This document shows positions 58,486 through 64,000 of a DNA stretch of 64,000 nucleotides, in pieces (position 1 is the stretch's first letter; each line of letters starts with the position of its first letter). Origin of the DNA: Candidatus Iainarchaeum sp. (GTDB taxonomy: Archaea > Iainarchaeota > Iainarchaeia > Iainarchaeales > VGJJ01); NCBI GenBank assembly GCA_043803765.1, contig JAZDJQ010000012.1:96001-160000 (forward strand). The letters run 5' to 3'. The translations under genes were made by a program, and so were the position numbers. A model generated the notes under the pieces. It was not told where the DNA came from, did not search any database, and saw nothing but the letters and a program-made list of their open reading frames with translations.

Positions 58486-59759
58486 AGGACGTTGATATTG
58501 GGATTCAGAATATTTCCAAGATTGAAGGACATGCCTCGCTTGATATTAAAGTGAGAAACCGAGAAGTGAAGCATGTCAAATTAATGTTTACGGAGAACAA
58601 GCGTTTTTTTACACAGGCGATTAAGGGAAGAAGTATTGATGTGTTGTCTCAGTCCGTTGCGCGTATTTGCGGTACGTGCAGTATTGCCCACACCATGTGT
58701 TGCATTGAGGCAATTGAGAAAGCCATGAATATTGAAGTGAGCGAGCAGACTCAATTGCTGAAAAAACTCACCATGTATGGTTTGATGATTCGCGACCATG
58801 CACTGCATATCTATCTTTTTTCCCTTCCTGATGTTTTTAGTGTTGATTCCGTCCTTGATTTTACTCCTGAACATGCTCATTTTTTGCACGATTCTTTTGA
58901 TATTAAGCGGGCGGGAAACAAATTGGATACGGTAGTTGCTGGTCGTGCCGTTCATGCTCCTTTTCCCCAAGTGGGGGGATTTGCTCAAGTTCCAACAAAT
59001 CAGGCATTGAAAGCCATTATCCCTGATTTGAAGAAAGCGCGTGAAAAACTCTTTCCTGTTTTAGAGGAATATTATAATTGTCCGGTGGATTATTCTCGTT
59101 CAACTGATTTTGTTTCCCTTGTTGCGCGTGATTTTGATTTTTTGGAAGGAGACATTCGAAGCAGTGATGGGGACGTGATTAAGGAAAAGGAGTATTATTC
59201 TCACCTTCAGCGGAATGTTATTCCTTATTCCCAATCAGTAGGATACAAGTTTGGCGGGAACACGTATATGGTGGGGGCATTGGCTCGGTTGAATTTGAAC
59301 AAAAATGGGTTGCATAAAGATACGCGGAGGGATGCGAAAAAATTTCTAGGGTTGTTTCCCTCTCATAATATTTTTCATAACAATTTAGCCCAAGGGATTG
59401 AAATTCTTCATTCGATTGACCATGCATTGGAAATTATCGAGTCGCACGATTTCAAGCCGGAGGAAAGACATATCATCGATAAGAAAGCCTGTGATGGAGT
59501 AGGCGTGATTGAGGCTCCTCGCGGAACGTTATACTATCATTTGGATATTGATGATGAAGGGATGATTAAGGAGGGAAATATTATTGTTCCCACGCAGCAA
59601 AACCAAATCAACATGGAACAGGATATCAAGGCGCTCGTGGAAAAAATAATCGAAACGCATTCAAAAGAACAGATTAAGTATGAGATTGAGAAGCTCATTC
59701 GAGCGTATGACCCTTGTATTAGTTGTGCGACTCATTTTTTGGAAGTGAATTGGAAATAG
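58482..59759 (+). CDS. [NiFe]-hydrogenase large subunit (group 3b-like)
   Basis: KIEGH, L1 RICGTCSIAH, EAPRGTLYY, L2 RAYDPCISCATH. Confidence 0.93.
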   Translation: MKDVDIGIQNISKIEGHASLDIKVRNREVKHVKLMFTENKRFFTQAIKGRSIDVLSQSVARICGTCSIAHTMCCIEAIEKAMNIEVSEQTQLLKKLTMYGLMIRDHALHIYLFSLPDVFSVDSVLDFTPEHAHFLHDSFDIKRAGNKLDTVVAGRAVHAPFPQVGGFAQVPTNQALKAIIPDLKKAREKLFPVLEEYYNCPVDYSRSTDFVSLVARDFDFLEGDIRSSDGDVIKEKEYYSHLQRNVIPYSQSVGYKFGGNTYMVGALARLNLNKNGLHKDTRRDAKKFLGLFPSHNIFHNNLAQGIEILHSIDHALEIIESHDFKPEERHIIDKKACDGVGVIEAPRGTLYYHLDIDDEGMIKEGNIIVPTQQNQINMEQDIKALVEKIIETHSKEQIKYEIEKLIRAYDPCISCATHFLEVNWK

Positions 59760-60135
59760 CATTCCTTAATTCACTCAAAATTTCTTCTTCATCCCCATTG
59801 GAAGGGGTTCCAAAAATAGTTACTCGTTCTATTTTTCCTAATTTTTTCATTAGTTTGAGTGCCATTCCTAAATCAAAATCGTGCAAGGAATAATTCGGGG
59901 ATGTTTGAATGGATTCGATGTCCTCCCATACGACAACGTTAGTAGCGTTCCGAATCGTGTCGATGATAAAGAGGTGTTTTTCTTCTGGAAAATTCTCTGC
60001 AGGGTCAATCTCAATAAATTGGATAAATGGAAATGCTGATTCTAATTTTGGAATCAGCCGAATGGGGATGGAATCCTCTTCGATGAATGGATTTCCGAGC
60101 ACGTAAATGTTATACGATGGGTTTCCCTTTTTCAT
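59719..60135 (-). CDS. Hydrogenase maturation protease-like protein
   Basis: VLGNPFIEEDS, IIDT, SLHDFDL. Confidence 0.7.
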   Translation of the reverse strand: MKKGNPSYNIYVLGNPFIEEDSIPIRLIPKLESAFPFIQFIEIDPAENFPEEKHLFIIDTIRNATNVVVWEDIESIQTSPNYSLHDFDLGMALKLMKKLGKIERVTIFGTPSNGDEEEILSELRNAISNSLPKNESHN

Positions 60136-60331
60136 CTTTAATCACAATCGCATGAGTAGGACATCCTGTTGCGGCGTCCACGTTCTTTTGTAAGTCTTTT
60201 TCGTCGAATGTTTTGATTCTACAATCCGCCAGCCCGTCTGCCGCAATCACCCATGTTTCGGGGGCAATTGCCGCACAGTTAGCTGCTCCGATGCATTTGC
60301 TCCGATCATACTCAATCGTGTATTTTCCCAT
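60110..60331 (-). CDS. Monocluster ferredoxin (3Fe-4S type)
   Basis: CIGAANCAAIAP..AATGCPTHAI. Confidence 0.88.
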   Translation of the reverse strand: MGKYTIEYDRSKCIGAANCAAIAPETWVIAADGLADCRIKTFDEKDLQKNVDAATGCPTHAIVIKDEKGKPIV

Positions 60332-60394
60332 CGTTCGATACCCCCCCTTCCATCCTCGTTCACACAGAAATCTTTTATGATTAAAAATATGCCC

Positions 60395-60643
60395 CTATTT
60401 GGTTGGTTTTTCACTATCGCTGTCACTCATGTCTTCTTCATCGAACACCACTCCTTCCTTGATGATAAAGTCCCCTAACACGTTTTCGCAAACGCTGCAA
60501 TACATTATTTTCGGGAAGTCTGATTCTTCGGCAGGTGTAAGAAAAATGTCTTCTTTTTTGTGCGAAATGTTCATCTCATTCAGTTCTTTTATTATTTCTT
60601 CTTTTGTTCGATGGCAAATCCAGCATTTTTCCATAACGAGCAA
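60395..60643 (-). CDS. Small Zn-binding hypothetical protein
   Basis: CWIC ... CSVC, acidic tail. Confidence 0.55.
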   Translation of the reverse strand: MLVMEKCWICHRTKEEIIKELNEMNISHKKEDIFLTPAEESDFPKIMYCSVCENVLGDFIIKEGVVFDEEDMSDSDSEKPTK

Positions 60644-60656
60644 CTCCTTTCATTTT

Positions 60657-61865
60657 TTACAAGAGTACCGATGCCAGTCCCAAAAAAGTGAAGAAGCCGA
60701 AAACATCCGTCGCAGTGGTGATGAAAACGGCAGCGGAGGAAGCAGGGTCTTTTCCAAGCCCTTTCATAATAAGCGGGATAATGGTCCCAAAAAACCCAGC
60801 CATGACCAGGTTCACGACCATGGCAACCCCTACAATTAGTCCCAGCAAGATGTTTTGGTTCCACATGATTGAGATTAATGTTACCACGATCCCTACAATA
60901 ATTCCATTAACTGCCCCGGCCGTCACTTCGTTCACCAATACGGATCTTCCCCTTTTCCAATCTAGTTCACCCAATGCAATCCCCCGAACGGCCACTGCTA
61001 ATGTTTGGGTTCCCGCATTCCCTGCCATTCCGGCAATAACCGGCATGTAGATTGCCAGGAGGGTGAACGCGGCAATCGTGTCCTCAAACAATCCAACTAC
61101 GGCGGCCACTATAAACGCCGTTCCCAGATTGAGAATCAGCCACTTGTACCGGTTGCGCACCTTGTCCAAAAATGAATCTAATATATCCTCCTCATGGGAG
61201 ACGCCTGCAAAATTATACAGCCGGCGATTTGTTTGTTCGTGCAGCATATGTAAGACGTCTGCGGAATAAATTACTCCTAAAATGCTTTCATCGTTATCTA
61301 ATACGATTACTTTGTTGTGTCTTCGATTCCTTAATATTTCAACCAGTTTGTGTGTTGAATCGGTATATTGTATGGTAGACACTTTCCGAGTGAAATTTCC
61401 TACTTTTTCCCTTGCTCGGCGATGCACGATATCGGTTCCTTCTATTTCTCCTATGGGAAACCCTTTTTCGATAACAATGATGGTGGGAAATCTTCCCAAT
61501 GCTTTCTCGTGCTTTGCAATCATTTCTTCTAATTCTCCAAATGGAGTGTCATATTCCACTTCAATGAAATCAAAGCTCATCATGGATGAAATGGATTTGT
61601 GGTGAATCCTTAGAATCGTTTCTACTTTTTCTTTTACATCATCTTCGAGTCTCCGTGTTACTCTCCTTCGTTGTGTTTCGGGAAGGAAAAGAAGTAGTTT
61701 GGCAATCGTATCCGTGTCTAGGAAGTGAAAAAGGTGCACGATATCCGAAATGGACATCTTCCGCAGGAGGATGCCTTGTTTCCTCCTAGACATATGAAGT
61801 AATGCGAATGCTTGTTCTTGCAGGGGGAGCAATTCAAAGTCTACTTCTTTTTTTGGAATAGGCAT
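60657..61865 (-). CDS. mgtE: Magnesium transporter MgtE
   Basis: CBS-like region, RYKWLILNL, AGNAGTQ, DPASSAAVFITTATDV. Confidence 0.92.
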   Translation of the reverse strand: MPIPKKEVDFELLPLQEQAFALLHMSRRKQGILLRKMSISDIVHLFHFLDTDTIAKLLLFLPETQRRRVTRRLEDDVKEKVETILRIHHKSISSMMSFDFIEVEYDTPFGELEEMIAKHEKALGRFPTIIVIEKGFPIGEIEGTDIVHRRAREKVGNFTRKVSTIQYTDSTHKLVEILRNRRHNKVIVLDNDESILGVIYSADVLHMLHEQTNRRLYNFAGVSHEEDILDSFLDKVRNRYKWLILNLGTAFIVAAVVGLFEDTIAAFTLLAIYMPVIAGMAGNAGTQTLAVAVRGIALGELDWKRGRSVLVNEVTAGAVNGIIVGIVVTLISIMWNQNILLGLIVGVAMVVNLVMAGFFGTIIPLIMKGLGKDPASSAAVFITTATDVFGFFTFLGLASVLL

Positions 61866-61980
61866 CCTTCGAATAAACAGGGGTTGTTTTTATTCTTCCC
61901 TGCGCGCCGCAGGATATTTTCCCTCTTTGAAAGAAAAAATACTGTTTTGGGCGAAAACCGCATCGTGAGTATTAATGCCT

Positions 61981-62946
61981 TTATTCAAATAATTGGCTCA
62001 AACTGCTTCCTTCATTTGTCCGATAAATGGCTTCGGCGAATAGGTTTTCTAATGGAATTACTTCCACGTTTCCACTAGGCTGTTGAGGAATAGAATTGGT
62101 TACAAACATTCCATCTACGACTCGTGCAATGTTTTCACGTCCACTGCTGAACAACCCGTGCGTACAATACACATACACGCGTTTTGCCCCCATTGCTCGC
62201 ACTCCTTTCACGGCTTCAATAATCGTTCCCCCTGAATCAACCATATCATCAATAATTAACACGTTTTCTCCTTTCACTTCTCCTACTACTTTGAATTCGT
62301 GAATTTCTCCTTCTTTTTTCCTATACTTGTACCCAATCACGATATTTTCAATACCCAGTTTGGTGGCAAATCCTTTTGCACGAGATGTTCCTCCTGCGTC
62401 GGGTGACATGATAATGGCATTCTCCAAAAGAGTGGGGTGGTTTTTCTTTAGGTATTCGTACAGCATTCTTGAACTATACAAATTGTCAAATGGAATACGG
62501 TAAAAGCTGGGCAATAATGATGAGTGCGTGTCAATCGTAAGAATGCGGTTAGTATAGAGTGATAATATGTCCGATACGGCACGTGCGTTTACCGCAACTC
62601 TGGATTCGTCTTTCCTGTCTTGTCTGGAAAATTTCATGTACGGCAAAACGTCAATGAGTTCGTTAGCCGAAGATGAGTGCACGGCCTCGTTCACCAATGC
62701 AAGCTGTAAAAACCAGTCGGCTGGTTTGAGTGATGAATCATGAATGAAGAAGCAGTTTTTTCTCCTGATGTTTTCCTTAATTTTGACTTTAATTTCGTGG
62801 TCTCGGAACTCTTTGATGCTTATTTCATTCAGCTCGAATGTCCCATTCCGCTTGCATAGGTTTTCATAAATCTTTTTTGCGAATTCCCATGCCCCTCCGT
62901 TTGGATCAGCCAGAATAGAACATGGATTGTCAATGTGATTTGGCAT
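61981..62946 (-). CDS. prs: Ribose-phosphate pyrophosphokinase
   Basis: PYMKFSRQDRK, SPDAGG, IIDDMVDSGGT, CTHGLFS. Confidence 0.93.
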   Translation of the reverse strand: MPNHIDNPCSILADPNGGAWEFAKKIYENLCKRNGTFELNEISIKEFRDHEIKVKIKENIRRKNCFFIHDSSLKPADWFLQLALVNEAVHSSSANELIDVLPYMKFSRQDRKDESRVAVNARAVSDILSLYTNRILTIDTHSSLLPSFYRIPFDNLYSSRMLYEYLKKNHPTLLENAIIMSPDAGGTSRAKGFATKLGIENIVIGYKYRKKEGEIHEFKVVGEVKGENVLIIDDMVDSGGTIIEAVKGVRAMGAKRVYVYCTHGLFSSGRENIARVVDGMFVTNSIPQQPSGNVEVIPLENLFAEAIYRTNEGSSLSQLFE

Positions 62947-63060
62947 GAATTACCCTCTCCAAACTAACCATGTGTAAAGAGGAATATAATGCAGGTGGTA
63001 GCAATCCAATTAGCCAGAAAAATGATACCCCATTATAAACAAGGAGGGAATCCTTCACCC

Positions 63061-64000
63061 ATGCTCCCTTCCTATATAAGGCTGCTTTGGATTGGTTTTT
63101 TTCTCCTTATTTTTTTCTCGCAGGCGTGGGCGGCCACCTCTTCTCTCACAGTAACTACCTGTTCTCAAGAGTTAGGAACAGTCATCATTGCCAACTGTAG
63201 TGGATTGAATACAAGTAACGATACTTCCGACGTCACAATAGCCAAAAACGCAAGTCTGGGATTGGCTTGGAGTGATACCACTTTTTCTGGAACTATTAGC
63301 AGTGTTACCATAACGATTCGGCACAGTGGGGCATCGGGCATTTCAGGAAGGGTGGGGCTTATTCTGTATGATGGTCAAAATAGTAGTGTGAGCAGCCCAT
63401 TTTGTACCGAAAACACGAGCATATCAAACACGACTTCGTATACAACGCATACGATAACCGCATGCACTCCCACAGGAGGGTGGGACACAACAAAACTCAA
63501 TAATTTGAAAATAAATGTGAATAATAATGATATAGGCATGCCGCAGAATATGTTTGTTTCCTATGTTTCCGTAGGCGTGACGTACACTCCTATTGTCTGT
63601 GGAAATAGTATAGTTGAGAGTGGTGAAACATGTGATGATGGGGGTACGACCAGCAATGACGGTTGTTCTTCCACATGTCAAACGGAAACAGGATGGACCT
63701 GTTCGGGAACCCCTAGTTCATGCACTCCTATTTGTGGGGATACCCTCATCAAAGGAAGCGAGGCATGCGATGGTGCCAATTTGAATTCCGCAACATGCGT
63801 CACTCAGGGTTTTTCAGGAGGCACGCTCACGTGTAATGGAACATGCACTGGGTTTGTTACGAGTTCCTGTTATACGTGTGGAAATGTTACCATTGAACTA
63901 GGGGAAACGTGTGATGGAACCTCATTAAATGGACAAACATGCAGTTCCCAAGGATACACGGGGGGAACACTCACATGCGCGGCTAATTGTTTGTCGTTTA
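63061..64000 (+). CDS. Secreted protein with myxobacterial-type Cys-rich repeats (DUF4215-like); partial
   Basis: Manual translation MLPSYIRLLWIGFFLLIFFSQAWA...CGNSIVESGETCDDGGTTSNDGCSSTCQTETGWTC...EACDGANLNSATCVTQGFSGGTLTC. Confidence 0.82.
   Translation, partial: MLPSYIRLLWIGFFLLIFFSQAWAATSSLTVTTCSQELGTVIIANCSGLNTSNDTSDVTIAKNASLGLAWSDTTFSGTISSVTITIRHSGASGISGRVGLILYDGQNSSVSSPFCTENTSISNTTSYTTHTITACTPTGGWDTTKLNNLKINVNNNDIGMPQNMFVSYVSVGVTYTPIVCGNSIVESGETCDDGGTTSNDGCSSTCQTETGWTCSGTPSSCTPICGDTLIKGSEACDGANLNSATCVTQGFSGGTLTCNGTCTGFVTSSCYTCGNVTIELGETCDGTSLNGQTCSSQGYTGGTLTCAANCLSF

Noticed and set aside
410-62302. Numerous short antisense ORFs in the six-frame track
   Set aside because: They lie opposite well-supported genes and have no recognisable motifs.

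Overview
Chromosomal segment of a small-genome archaeon, most likely DPANN (Iainarchaeota/Diapherotrites-like). Evidence: gatD, archaeosortase, class III signal-peptide pilins, DUF2666, and tRNA genes without an encoded CCA. It contains a type IV pilus locus whose ATPase carries a LAGLIDADG intein, several giant Cys-rich surface proteins, four tRNAs (Asp, Tyr, Pro, Thr), a compact group-3b-like [NiFe]-hydrogenase locus, and repair and housekeeping genes. The main discovery is a ~10 kb integron-like array downstream of tRNA-Tyr (about 29.76-39.87 kb). About seven copies of the tRNA-Tyr 3' end separate small, integrase-free cargo cassettes (TA modules, Fic, UDG, nucleoside deoxyribosyltransferase, TauE, carbamoyltransferase module). 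Three of these copies and the intact tRNA are followed by a conserved inverted repeat with a 30-31 nt spacer. Also found: a ~100 bp MITE-like repeat family (4 copies), an ORF-less IS200/IS605-type remnant, and an in-frame TAG inside a saccharopine-dehydrogenase-like gene. All calls come from reading the sequence and recognising motifs; no searches were run.
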